This document shows, piece after piece, positions 7,656 to 17,215 of a DNA stretch of 32,000 nt (positions are counted from its first letter, which is position 1; every line of letters begins with the position of its first letter). The stretch spans positions 150,001 through 182,000 of the forward strand of contig CP145872.1 in assembly GCA_041941795.1 (NCBI GenBank). The letters are read 5' to 3'. The stretch comes from Candidatus Saccharimonadota bacterium. Its GTDB lineage: Bacteria > Pseudomonadota > Gammaproteobacteria > Enterobacterales > Enterobacteriaceae. The notes beneath the pieces were generated by a model. It was not told the DNA's origin and did no database searches. It saw nothing but the letters and a program-made list of their open reading frames with translations. Both the position numbers and the translations under genes were made by a program.

Positions 7656-8677
7656 TAAATACTAATTGGTATTCATGGTTAAATTTTCCTTATAGGCAGC
7701 TTCTTAAGCAATACTATATGAAAAGAGCATATCCGGCTATATTATTCCATGGTCCACAAGGATTAGGAATCAAGAGCCTCATATGGAAAATTAGTAGCTG
7801 GTTAATGTGTGCCTTTTCTAAAGAACTCCAAAGTTGTGGAATTTGTCATAGCTGTAACCTTATGAAGGTTGGGAGTCATCCAGATTTTGTAACCATAGAA
7901 TCATCTCCGAGTATAGGGATAGATATAATCCGGAACCTTTATGATAAGATTTTCCAACGTTCTCAGTTAGGACGATCTAAAGTAATTTGGATCGCAGAAG
8001 CCGATCAATTAACGGAATCTGCTAGTAATGCTCTTCTCAAAACACTGGAAGAACCTCCCGCCAACACTTATTTTTTTTTATATAGTTCTGATCCATCCAA
8101 CCTGTCAGCAATATTACGAAGTCGTTGTCAATATTGGAAAATTATTCCTCCCATTGAATATGAGGGAATGCACTGGATACAACTTAAGTTGAATAGCCAC
8201 AGATATCATCTTACCGAAGCTAATATTATAGCAGCATTGAGAATGGCTTCAGGTGCTCCATTAGCAGCCGCCGATTTATTATCTTCCATGTATTGGACCT
8301 ATCGGAAAAAAATATATGAAATAATTAGGGATGTTTTAAATGACAAACAAGATATTCTTAAAATATTACCGCTTCTTAATAACGAAAATGTTAATAAGCA
8401 AATTGAAGGATTCTGTACCTTATTTCTGGATGCAATAAAATTGCAATATGATAGTAATGTTTTTATCATCAATTATGATTTTAAAAATTTAGTCCATCAA
8501 TTATCAATTTGCTCAGTGGAGATACTTTACGAAAGTTTTCGCAACTGGTTAATTCTTAGACATTTTTTCACACAGGTAATATCCGTTAATCGTCAATTAT
8601 TATTGACAGAGCAATTACTCAAGTGGAAACAGTTAATAAATCATTCTAACAAGAGAGATAGAAAAATATGTTTTTAG
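7631..8677 (+). CDS. holB: DNA polymerase III delta' subunit
   Basis: 348 aa. WY.WL, the zinc module SCGICHSCNLMKVGSHPDF (E. coli SCGHCRGCQLMQAGTHPDY), ANALLKTLEEPP and LRSRC are present. It overlaps the tmk 3' end by 25 nt if ATG 7631 is the true start (GTG 7634 is an alternative). Confidence 0.9.
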   Translation: MVERRTRLINTNWYSWLNFPYRQLLKQYYMKRAYPAILFHGPQGLGIKSLIWKISSWLMCAFSKELQSCGICHSCNLMKVGSHPDFVTIESSPSIGIDIIRNLYDKIFQRSQLGRSKVIWIAEADQLTESASNALLKTLEEPPANTYFFLYSSDPSNLSAILRSRCQYWKIIPPIEYEGMHWIQLKLNSHRYHLTEANIIAALRMASGAPLAAADLLSSMYWTYRKKIYEIIRDVLNDKQDILKILPLLNNENVNKQIEGFCTLFLDAIKLQYDSNVFIINYDFKNLVHQLSICSVEILYESFRNWLILRHFFTQVISVNRQLLLTEQLLKWKQLINHSNKRDRKICF

Positions 8678-9465
8678 TAGATTCTCATTGTCATCTAAAT
8701 AAATTAAATTATAACACTCTCCATAAAGATGTCGATGAAGTTTTGAAAAATGCTCTAGTACGAGATGTAAAATATTTTTTGAGTGTAGCCACCAGCTTAT
8801 CAGACTATCTAGAGATAGTAAAATTAGTAGGTCAGAATCCACGCGTAGCTTACTCTTGCGGCTTACACCCGTTAAATCTGGAGACAGCGGAGGAAAAAAA
8901 TAACGTATCTCATTTACTACGCTCCCTAGTTACTGAAAATCATCAAATAGTAGCATTAGGAGAAACGGGATTAGACTATTATTATAGTCCAGTAAATAAA
9001 ATAAAACAGCAACAGATATTCCGAGAACATATACAAATTGCTTGCAACCTAGGTAAACCATTAATAGTTCATACTCGAAATGCTAAGAACGATACGATAG
9101 CTATCTTACAAGAAGAAAAGGCGGAACTATGCAGAGGCGTAATACATTGTTTTACCGAAGATCTGGTAATGGCAAAAAAAATGATAGATATTGGATTTTA
9201 TCTTTCCTTTTCGGGAATTATTACTTTTAGTCATGCTCAATATTTACGTGAAATAGTACGTTATATACCTTTAGATCATATTCTGATAGAAAGTGATTGT
9301 CCTTATTTATCTCCGGTTCCATACCGTGGAAAAGAAAATCAGCCTGCATGGGTTCACGAAATCGCTAAATGCGTTGCCCAAATAAAGAATATATCTTTAG
9401 CAGAACTAGCTGAAGCCACTACTGATAATTTTAAAATTTTATTTGGTCTTCCTCTTATAGACTGA
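8668..9465 (+). CDS. ycfH: TatD-family metal-dependent hydrolase YcfH
   Basis: 265 aa. MFLVDSHCHL, GETGLDYYY, PLIVHTR, HCFTE and ESDCPYLSPVPYRGKENQPAWV are near-identical in pattern to E. coli YcfH. It overlaps the holB stop by 10 nt. Confidence 0.93.
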   Translation: MFLVDSHCHLNKLNYNTLHKDVDEVLKNALVRDVKYFLSVATSLSDYLEIVKLVGQNPRVAYSCGLHPLNLETAEEKNNVSHLLRSLVTENHQIVALGETGLDYYYSPVNKIKQQQIFREHIQIACNLGKPLIVHTRNAKNDTIAILQEEKAELCRGVIHCFTEDLVMAKKMIDIGFYLSFSGIITFSHAQYLREIVRYIPLDHILIESDCPYLSPVPYRGKENQPAWVHEIAKCVAQIKNISLAELAEATTDNFKILFGLPLID

Positions 9466-9488
9466 AACCGATGCAGTGAACAAAATTC

Positions 9489-9510
9489 ACTCCAGAGAAA
9501 TCTCTGGAGT
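9489..9510. terminator. Perfect 9-bp hairpin between convergent ycfH and the purB relic
   Basis: actccagag (9489-9497), loop aaat, ctctggagt (9502-9510). It lies 24 nt after the ycfH stop. The 3' tail is only weakly T-rich (atattcc). Confidence 0.4.
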
Positions 9511-9676
9511 ATATTCCAACGTCGTTTTGTTCAATATGTCCCATTTTATTGGCTACGAGAAATGAATTTAAAAATATTTCGACTAGGTGTTACTCTTTAA
9601 CATGGGTAAAGAACTAGAATAGTTATTAGTAATTAACCCAGAAAAACACCCAAAATGTAAATCTATTTTATTTTTC

Positions 9677-10440
9677 TTACGAGTTGATCTACTAGCTGAG
9701 AATTATATCAAAGATTATATTTTTAAGTTGGTATTTAACTTATTCTGGTAAGGATAGTTTTTCAATAAAAGCATGCATAACTTTCATATCCACATGTCTT
9801 GTCTTACTCGCATGAAATTTTTAAGAATTTCAGAAGCCTTTTTATTCCCTTCGCATAATAGTTTGGAGTGGTTGGACCAAAATTGACCAATTTTTTTTTA
9901 ATTGACCAAGTGGTCGTTCCATTCTAAACACTACATTGACCAATTCTTTAGCTCCGGTAAGAGAAGATGCACGCGGTCCATGGGTTATCGAAAGCATAGA
10001 AATAGAACGATATTTAATATTTACTAGCTAGTTTTTTTATAACTGTAATGATTTTTGGTCCACATCGATAAAATAACTTGACTTCTGACTAATTAGAACA
10101 TAAGAGCATAACATAAGTTATTTATCTCTTCGGAAGTACAGGCAAAATGAACAAATGCTCACACTAAAGTGAGGGTCAAAATTTTAGATATTTTTCTTGA
10201 AAAACAAATTATCCGACCTTTACATCATGATTAGTAGTTCGTTCTCTTTTTTAATGGTCTCTGCAGCGGATTCACAAAAATAGAACTTAACTAAAAATTA
10301 GTCTAGGCGTCAAATTCGGGTAATTCCTTTATTTCTGCTCAAATAGTGATTTGTAACCATCTAATTTAAATTTATACTCTTAACTTTAAGAGATTATATT
10401 CCGTCAATATAGAACGTAAAATATTTACTTTTGTCTGCAT
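9677..10440 (-). pseudogene. purB: Adenylosuccinate lyase pseudogene (multiple stops, at least one frameshift, large internal deletion)
   Basis: Hand translation of the minus strand gives collinear islands versus remembered E. coli PurB. FTFYIDGI* vs LTAVSPVDGRY. FCESAAETIKKENELLIMM* vs FSEEDAARIKTIERTTNHDV. HFACTSEEINNLCYALMF*LVRSQVILSMWTK vs [79 protein letters not shown] vs [62 protein letters not shown] vs NWEVLAEPIQTVMRRYG. MHAFIEKLSLPE* vs MKQFIDGLALPEEE. The position downstream of mnmA matches E. coli mnmA-hflD-purB. Boundaries are approximate. Confidence 0.85.
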
Positions 10441-10518
10441 AACATCAATATAGAGGAGAAATAGCCGTAAGAACTGATAATATCATTATTCTAAATCCTA
10501 TGATTATCACCATAGATA

Positions 10519-11634
10519 TTACTTTGTTGTTACTGGCAAACGTTGCTTAATTATACCTCCTCCTAAACAAATATCACCAGTATAAAAGACGGCCGCCTGT
10601 CCTGGGGTTATAGCATTTATAGGATGATTAAATCTCACGTTAATACTTTTTTTATCCTGACTGTAAATAAGAGTACATGGAACATCTGGTTGTCGATATC
10701 GAATTTTAACAGTACAACGAATAATTTTATTTAATTGAGTTTTATTAACAAAATGAACATCTTCACAAATCATTCCTTTAGACATTAATTGTGAATTAAA
10801 ACGCCCTTGAGCAACGATTAATATATTACGTTTTACATCTTTTTCTACCACATACCAAGGATCTTGACTATTCGTTTTTTTTATTCCTCCAATCCCTAAT
10901 CCTTTACGTTGTCCTATAGTATAAAACATAATTCCTTTATGATGCCCTACTTTTGTACCATCCGTAGTAAAAATTTCTCCCTCCTGTGCAGGTAAATAAC
11001 GACTCAGGAACTCTACAAATTTTTTTTTTCCTATAAAACAAATACCAGTAGAATCTTTTTTATTAGCGGTGACTAAACTATTTTGTAGGGCAATTTTTCG
11101 AACGGTAGTTTTAGTTAATTCCCCTAGGGGAAAAATAGTATACCTCAACTTTTGAGCAGTTAAAGGATAGAGAAAATAACTTTGATCTTTATTGGAATCT
11201 ACCCCTCGTAATATATATTTATGACCGTTAACTTCTCCCTGTCGGACATAGTGTCCTGTTGCAATTAGATCTGCTCCCAGGTCTTCAAGAGCAAAAGTCA
11301 TAAACGTGTTAAATTTTATTTCTTTATTACAGAGAATATCGGGATTAGGAGTGCGTCCCGCTTTATATTCTGCTAAAAAGTGCTGAAAAACATTTTCCCA
11401 ATATTCAGCAGAGAAATTTATTTTATGTAAACTAATTCCTAGTTTATCACATACTGATTGAGCATCGGCTAAATCTTGGGCGGCGTGGCAATAGTATTCT
11501 TTATCATCTTCTTCCCAGTTTTTCATAAATAATCCTTCCACCTGATATTGCTGTTGTTTCAACAGCACGGCCACTACTGAAGAGTCCACACCTCCAGACA
11601 TTCCAATTATTACTTTCTTCTTTTTAAGAATCAT
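10519..11634 (-). CDS. mnmA: tRNA 2-thiouridine(34) synthase MnmA
   Basis: The track ORF begins at TTG 11664. The ATG at 11634 gives [20 protein letters not shown], aligning with E. coli [20 protein letters not shown]. The PP-loop, [10 protein letters not shown] and STGICFIG catalytic Cys contexts, and the GGGII.QRLP C-terminus are conserved. Confidence 0.93.
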   Translation of the reverse strand: MILKKKKVIIGMSGGVDSSVVAVLLKQQQYQVEGLFMKNWEEDDKEYYCHAAQDLADAQSVCDKLGISLHKINFSAEYWENVFQHFLAEYKAGRTPNPDILCNKEIKFNTFMTFALEDLGADLIATGHYVRQGEVNGHKYILRGVDSNKDQSYFLYPLTAQKLRYTIFPLGELTKTTVRKIALQNSLVTANKKDSTGICFIGKKKFVEFLSRYLPAQEGEIFTTDGTKVGHHKGIMFYTIGQRKGLGIGGIKKTNSQDPWYVVEKDVKRNILIVAQGRFNSQLMSKGMICEDVHFVNKTQLNKIIRCTVKIRYRQPDVPCTLIYSQDKKSINVRFNHPINAITPGQAAVFYTGDICLGGGIIKQRLPVTTK

Positions 11635-11881
11635 TAATATTATTATAACCTTAAATACATACAAGTTTGTGAGATGGAAGAGTTTACTATTTATTGGATT
11701 CCTAATTCCAGTCGTAAATAAAAATTTTTAAATAAAAGATTATTTTTAATAAAAATTGAAAAAGCTCTCCTATAATTAAAGAATTGATGAGTAATAAGAA
11801 TCCTGTTAGATAGAACAGTAACTGATATCCTATCATATTTGTAGGGTGGGTGTAAAAATAAAATTATAGGAGATAGTAATA

Positions 11882-12130
11882 ATGGATCTGTTGTTATGGA
11901 TTTTTTTTGGATTAATGACTGGTATAGTAGCAAAATGGTTAATACCAGGAAAAGACGGGGGAGGAATTATAATCACTATCCTGTTAGGTATTGCCGGTGC
12001 TGTAGTAGGAGGGTGGGTTAGCACTTTAGTAGGATTGAGAAGAGTCAACGGATTTAATTTTGGTAGTTTTCTGATAGCCATAGTAGGTTCTATTATAATT
12101 TTGTTAATATACCGAACTATAAAAAAATAA
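11882..12130 (+). CDS. ymgE: GlsB/YeaQ/YmgE-family small membrane protein (transglycosylase-associated protein family)
   Basis: 82 aa. WIFFGLMTGIVAKWLIPGKDGGGIIITILLGIAGAVVGGW matches the family signature and remembered E. coli YmgE (WIIFGLIAGIIAKLIMPGRDGGGFFLTCILGIVGAVVGGW). Its position between mnmA and ychF fits ymgE rather than the paralogue yeaQ. Confidence 0.75.
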   Translation: MDLLLWIFFGLMTGIVAKWLIPGKDGGGIIITILLGIAGAVVGGWVSTLVGLRRVNGFNFGSFLIAIVGSIIILLIYRTIKK

Positions 12131-12154
12131 CATAAAAAATATTTATTATCCGAG

Positions 12155-12175
12155 AGGCCTTTTTGTCGGAGGCCT
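12155..12175. terminator. Hairpin in the convergent ymgE / ychF spacer (possible bidirectional terminator)
   Basis: aggcct (12155-12160) and aggcct (12170-12175) are self-complementary arms around the loop ttttgtcgg. They are the only GC-rich element in the 90-bp spacer. Confidence 0.4.
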
Positions 12176-12220
12176 TCTATATTAGTTGAATTATTATAGT
12201 ACGACTCTCTTGATAAATTC

Positions 12221-13303
12221 TCAAGAGAATAAAAAATGAATTATATCTCCATCTTGAACTACATATTTTTTTCCTTCTAGCCGGATTTTTCCCGCTAATT
12301 TTGCCCCTTGTTCTCCTTGATATCTAATAAAATTCTCCCAATTAATGATTTTAGCCCGAATAAACCTGTTATAAAAATCAGTATGAATTTTTCTAGCTAC
12401 TTGATAAGCAGTAGCACCGGAATTAACGCTTCCCGCCCTAACTTCTTTTGAAGAAATAGTAAAATAAGTTTTCAAATCTAGAAGATTATATCCGGCTGTG
12501 ATTACATTATTTAATTCTGATTGTGAAAAGTTTAATTTTCCTAATTTTTCGCTGTTTTTTTTGTGAGATATAGCTGGTTCGAAATTTTCTACAGCACATA
12601 TTGTTACGGCCGTAGTTCTTTCTTTTTCAGCTATCTTATATACCTCTTGTACATAAGCATTATTCTCTAAGTATCCTTCATTCACATTAGCTACGTAAAT
12701 AACCGGTTTTAAGGTGAGAAAGTTAAACTTCTGTAGAACAGATTTTTCCTGTTCTGAAATTCTTACCATCCTTAGTGCTTCACCCTCTTCCAGAAAGTGA
12801 GCAATTTTTTTTAATACTTTAATTACCAACTTATTATGCATACTTTTGTTATGAATTTTATGTTGTCTTTCTATTGCAGATTCACAGATATCCAGATCTG
12901 CCAAAGCAAGTTCAGTATTAATAAGATCAATATCTTCTTGCGGATTAACTTTGCCTCGTACGTGGATAATATTTTCATTATTAAAACAACGCACTACATG
13001 TAGTAGAGCTGTAGTTTCACGAATATGATGAAGAAATTTATTTCCTAACCCTTTTCCTTGCGAAGAACCCTTAACTAGACCGGCAATATCTATAAATGTC
13101 ATTATTGCAGGAGTAATATATTGAGGATTAATTAATTTTTCCAGTATATTCAAACGATGATCTGGAACTGACACTATGCCAAAATGAGGCTTAATAGTAC
13201 AAAAAGGATAGTTTGAAATTTTAATACAAGATTTAGTAAGAGACTTAAATAAGGTAGATTTTCCTACATTAGGTAATCCTATTAACCCACATTTTAAAAT
13301 CAT
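12221..13303 (-). CDS. ychF: Ribosome-binding ATPase YchF
   Basis: 360 aa. KCGLIGLPNVGKSTLF, FCTI.P, DIAGLVKG.S.G.GLGN.FL, YVANVNE and the C-terminus DGD..HFLF are collinear with E. coli YchF. It lies downstream of pth as in E. coli. Confidence 0.95.
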   Translation of the reverse strand: MILKCGLIGLPNVGKSTLFKSLTKSCIKISNYPFCTIKPHFGIVSVPDHRLNILEKLINPQYITPAIMTFIDIAGLVKGSSQGKGLGNKFLHHIRETTALLHVVRCFNNENIIHVRGKVNPQEDIDLINTELALADLDICESAIERQHKIHNKSMHNKLVIKVLKKIAHFLEEGEALRMVRISEQEKSVLQKFNFLTLKPVIYVANVNEGYLENNAYVQEVYKIAEKERTTAVTICAVENFEPAISHKKNSEKLGKLNFSQSELNNVITAGYNLLDLKTYFTISSKEVRAGSVNSGATAYQVARKIHTDFYNRFIRAKIINWENFIRYQGEQGAKLAGKIRLEGKKYVVQDGDIIHFLFS

Positions 13304-13361
13304 TATTGGATTTATTTCCTTTTATTTAATTTCACCCATTTTTCCACAACCATAATTTCTA

Positions 13362-13979
13362 TTAATAAACATAATTACTAGCATTAAAGGTGTGCAGTCT
13401 AGTCATAGCTTTCATGAGTCCGTCTTGAAAAAAGACGATAGTACAGTATATTGCTTCTTCAATAGTACTTGTTATTAGTTTCATTTCCAAATCTGAAGGA
13501 GTATCTAGAACATAGTTAGTAATCTTGTTCCTATCTGAAGGATAACCAATGCCAATACGTAAACGTTTAAAATTCCTAAAGTAACTTATAATATTTTTTA
13601 GTCCATTATGTCCGCTGGATCCTCCACCTATTTTGAACTTGGCTCTTCCGGGCGGTAAATTTAAATCATCATGTACCACGAGTATTTGTTCGGGTATTAG
13701 TCGATATAATTTTGCTATAGCATCTATTGATTTTCCACTTTTATTCATAAAAGTATCAGGTACTAGCAACCATATATGATAACCTAATATTACTAATTCT
13801 GTAGTATAACCAAAAATATCACTATTTTTTCTCCAAACCTTTTGATAATGATTTGCTAATCGTCTTACAAACCAAGAGCCAACATTATGTCGTGTAGAAG
13901 CATATTTATCCCCCGGATTAGCTAATCCCACTATGAGTTTTATATTATAACTATTTAATTTTTTCACCATTGAATTCAT
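13362..13979 (-). CDS. pth: Peptidyl-tRNA hydrolase
   Basis: 205 aa from ATG 13979; the alternative ATG 13970 gives MVKKL.... IKLIVGLANPG..Y..TRHNVG.WF, LLVP.TFMN.SGK, DDLNLPPG.AKFK.GGG..GHNGLK.I and RLRIGIG.P match E. coli Pth. Confidence 0.93.
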   Translation of the reverse strand: MNSMVKKLNSYNIKLIVGLANPGDKYASTRHNVGSWFVRRLANHYQKVWRKNSDIFGYTTELVILGYHIWLLVPDTFMNKSGKSIDAIAKLYRLIPEQILVVHDDLNLPPGRAKFKIGGGSSGHNGLKNIISYFRNFKRLRIGIGYPSDRNKITNYVLDTPSDLEMKLITSTIEEAIYCTIVFFQDGLMKAMTRLHTFNASNYVY

Positions 13980-14927
13980 TTAATATTCAAACATAGCAGA
14001 GAGAGATTCTTCATTACTGATGCGACGAATAGCTTCTGCTAACATACCTGCTAAAGTTATAGTGCGTATATTGGACATTTTTTTTATAGAAGTCGTTAAA
14101 GGTATAGTATCGCATACTACCACTTCATCAATATCTGAATCTTGTAAATTCTCTCCTGCATTGCCCGAAAATATAGGATGTGTAGCATAAGCAAATACTC
14201 GATTTGCTCCTCTTGCTTTCAATGCTGCCGCGGCCTTGCACAAAGTACTAGCGGTATCTATCATGTCATCTACTACAACACAATCTCGATTTGACACCTC
14301 TCCAATGATATGCATGACTTCTGAAGCATTTGCGGATGGGCGTCGTTTATCAATTATAGCCATCTCAGTATCATTGAATTTAGCTATGGCACGAGCACGT
14401 ACTACTCCTCCAATGTCTGGAGATACTACTATAGGTGTGTCTAATCCAATTTGTTGCATATCTTCAATGATTATCCGACTTCCAAATACATTATCTACGG
14501 GAATATCAAAAAAACCTTGAATTTGCTCTGCATGTAGATCTACGGTAAGGATGCGATCCACACCCACACAGGAGAGAAAATCTGCTATTATTTTGGCGGT
14601 AATAGGAACTCTTGCTGATCGCACGCGTCGATCTTGACGCGCATAACCAAAATATGGAATTACTGCAGTAATACGTCCCGCAGAAGCGCGTCGTAATGCG
14701 TCTATTACTACTACTAACTCCATGAAATTGTCATTAGTAGGATAACAGGTAGACTGAATAATAAAAATATCATCTCCCCGTACATTTTCATTAATTTGAA
14801 CACTAACTTCACCATCACTAAAACGTCCTACGGTCACATCACCTAATTTTGTATATAGACGCTCGGCAATGTGTTGTGCTAGTTCAGGGATAGAATTTCC
14901 GGCAAATATTTTCATACACTGCACCAA
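13980..14927 (-). CDS. prs: Ribose-phosphate pyrophosphokinase
   Basis: 315 aa, the same length as E. coli Prs and near-identical over long runs ([93 protein letters not shown]). The track start is TTG 14927; GTG 14924 and ATG 14915 are alternatives. Confidence 0.96.
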   Translation of the reverse strand: MVQCMKIFAGNSIPELAQHIAERLYTKLGDVTVGRFSDGEVSVQINENVRGDDIFIIQSTCYPTNDNFMELVVVIDALRRASAGRITAVIPYFGYARQDRRVRSARVPITAKIIADFLSCVGVDRILTVDLHAEQIQGFFDIPVDNVFGSRIIIEDMQQIGLDTPIVVSPDIGGVVRARAIAKFNDTEMAIIDKRRPSANASEVMHIIGEVSNRDCVVVDDMIDTASTLCKAAAALKARGANRVFAYATHPIFSGNAGENLQDSDIDEVVVCDTIPLTTSIKKMSNIRTITLAGMLAEAIRRISNEESLSAMFEY

Positions 14928-15020
14928 TTTTATTGGAAAATTTTATGTTGGTTAGACAGATTCGCCCATAAGAGATTATTAATCTTCTGTTGAAGAAAAC
15001 ATGTTTTTCTTTCTATGCAT

Positions 15021-15890
15021 TTAGAAGTACAAACATTTATGTAATGGAGAAATATTTAATCCTTTTGACACAAACCCCTGGATTCCGGGAGGAGCTTGGT
15101 TCAAAACTTGAGATGCGCTTAATTCACTATCAAATTCTCCAAATATACAACTCCCAGTTCCTGTTAGGCGAGGATGAGTATATTTTATCAACCAAGAAAA
15201 TATTTTTTCCACCTCTGGAAAACGTTTTCGCACTATTAACTCACAGTCATTAGTGAATGGTTTGGTATGTAATAAATCTTTTAAACCCCGATAAGTAGTG
15301 TTTCTTTTTAGTTCAGGATCTCCAAAGACTTGTGCAGTAGAAATTATTACTCCGGGATCTATAATAACATACCATTTTTCAGGGATTTGAACTTTATGTA
15401 ATTGAGTCCCTAACCCTTCCGCAAAAGCTGCATATCCTTGAATAAAAAGAGGCACATCTATTCCTATTTGGCATCCTAATATAGTGAGATCATTAATACT
15501 GAATTTAGTTTTCCATAAATAATTAAGTGCTAAGAGAGTAGTGGCAGCATCTGATGAACCCCCACCCAATCCTCCGCCAATAGGTAAGTTTTTCACTAGT
15601 TCTATTTCTGCACCTGCATTAAGAGGTAATAAACGCCGCTTCTGTTTGGCTTGCTGACGTAACAAATTAGCTGCTTTGATTATTAAATTATTTTCTATTT
15701 TGATATGATCTATATATTTAGTGGACACATCTATGTTGCCGCTATTATTGATTCTAATTAAGAGGAGATCTCCATAATCGAGAAATTGATACAACGTTTG
15801 CAAATAGTGATATCCGTTGGGATAACGACCATTAATATATAAAAAAAGATTTAATTTTGCGGGTGCCGGCCAACAAGTTATTGGATTCAT
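15021..15890 (-). CDS. ispE: 4-diphosphocytidyl-2-C-methyl-D-erythritol kinase
   Basis: 289 aa. WPAPAKLNLFLYI.G.R..GYH.LQTL.QFLDYGD, the GHMP motif P.GGGLGGGSS.AAT.L.ALN.LW, and SRLTGTG.C.F.EF match E. coli IspE. It lies upstream of prs as in E. coli. Confidence 0.94.
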   Translation of the reverse strand: MNPITCWPAPAKLNLFLYINGRYPNGYHYLQTLYQFLDYGDLLLIRINNSGNIDVSTKYIDHIKIENNLIIKAANLLRQQAKQKRRLLPLNAGAEIELVKNLPIGGGLGGGSSDAATTLLALNYLWKTKFSINDLTILGCQIGIDVPLFIQGYAAFAEGLGTQLHKVQIPEKWYVIIDPGVIISTAQVFGDPELKRNTTYRGLKDLLHTKPFTNDCELIVRKRFPEVEKIFSWLIKYTHPRLTGTGSCIFGEFDSELSASQVLNQAPPGIQGFVSKGLNISPLHKCLYF

Positions 15891-16120
15891 AAAGAATAAC
15901 TTAAATAAGTAATATTAGTTATCTTGAAAAGATAACAGACATTACCATAATAGTAAAATTATATAAATTACTTGTTATTTTATCAGTCCTGTACTTTCTA
16001 AAAGTGTGGGAGGATAAAAATTATACAATAAGTAACTCTACTACCTAATAGTAGGTACTATTTGTAACAAAGAATCAAGTAATTTAATTTACAAACAAAC
16101 TTAAAAGTTTTAAGGACTAT

Positions 16121-17215
16121 ATGTTTTGCAGTATGAATACTTTTATAATTAATAAATTAGAATTATTGCAAAAACGTTATAAAAAAGTAGAAACATTACT
16201 TCTTACAGCAGGAAAGACTGCCGATTACGAACGTATTCAGACCTTATCACGCGAATATCATCACCTCACAGAACTGAATCAAATGTTTAATAAATGGAAG
16301 AAAATGCAGGAAAATATTAATAATCTCGAGTTATTACTTGTTGATAAAGAGATGCGAGAACTAGCCTGTGAGGAACTGAATAAAATGAAATATCATAATA
16401 ACCTCTTGGAAAAAAAGATAGAATTGTTACTTCTTCCTAAAGATGCTAATGATGAACGTAGCTGTTATATTGAATTACGATCAGCTACGGGGGGAAATGA
16501 AGCAGCCCTTTTTGCGGGGGATTTATTTCGGATGTATACAAGATATGTCGAATTTAAATCATGGAAGATAGAAATTCTGAATTCTAGTTGCGGTGAAAAC
16601 GGAGGATACAAGTATATTTTTGCTAAAATCCATGGAAAGGACGCCTATGGACGTTTAAAATTTGAGTCGGGGGGTCATCGAGTACAGAGAATTCCGGCAA
16701 CAGAATCACAGGGACGAATTCATACTTCTTCTTGTACTGTTGCTGTTATGCCCGAAATTCCTAAATCTGAATTAATTTCACTTCAACCTAAGGATTTGAA
16801 AATAGATACTTTTCGATCATCGGGAGCGGGGGGACAGCATGTGAATACTACTGATTCCGCCATTAGGATTACTCATTTACCTACGGGTATTGTAGTAGAA
16901 TGCCAAGATGAACGATCGCAACATAAGAATAAATCTAAAGCATTATGGGTATTAAATACCCGTATTCAGGCAGCAGAAATGGCAAAACGTCATAAAGAAG
17001 AAACTGATGAACGTCGAAACTTAGTAGGTAGTGGAGAACGTTCAGATCGTAATCGTACTTACAATTTTCCACAAGGACGGGTGACGGACCATAGGATTAA
17101 TCTATCCCTTTATTGCTTAGAAAATATTATGGCTGGTAACTTAGATCTTCTCATAGAACCCATAATCAAAAATGATCATTTAAACCGGCTCGATAATTTA
17201 AAGAATAATATTTAA
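16121..17215 (+). CDS. prfA: Peptide chain release factor 1
   Basis: The PAT tripeptide ([14 protein letters not shown]), the GGQ motif ([38 protein letters not shown]) and [18 protein letters not shown] are present. ATG 16121 lies 4 nt after AAGGA. ATG 16133 ([12 protein letters not shown] vs E. coli MKPSIVAKLEAL) is an alternative start. Confidence 0.95.
   Translation: MFCSMNTFIINKLELLQKRYKKVETLLLTAGKTADYERIQTLSREYHHLTELNQMFNKWKKMQENINNLELLLVDKEMRELACEELNKMKYHNNLLEKKIELLLLPKDANDERSCYIELRSATGGNEAALFAGDLFRMYTRYVEFKSWKIEILNSSCGENGGYKYIFAKIHGKDAYGRLKFESGGHRVQRIPATESQGRIHTSSCTVAVMPEIPKSELISLQPKDLKIDTFRSSGAGGQHVNTTDSAIRITHLPTGIVVECQDERSQHKNKSKALWVLNTRIQAAEMAKRHKEETDERRNLVGSGERSDRNRTYNFPQGRVTDHRINLSLYCLENIMAGNLDLLIEPIIKNDHLNRLDNLKNNI

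Noticed and set aside
11768-11784. The 17-mer tcctataattaaagaat is repeated exactly at 11768-11784 (upstream of ymgE) and 18057-18073 (after prmC). It contains TATAAT.
   Set aside because: A rough estimate with this base composition gives on the order of one chance 17-mer match among the roughly 1e9 position pairs in 32 kb. No flanking similarity extends it convincingly. At most these are two independent -10-like elements.
11691-12081. Two minus-strand ORFs (11691-11933 and 11833-12081, 80 and 82 aa).
   Set aside because: One is antisense to the well-supported ymgE. The other runs through the AT-rich mnmA/ymgE promoter spacer. Neither shows homology signals or an RBS.
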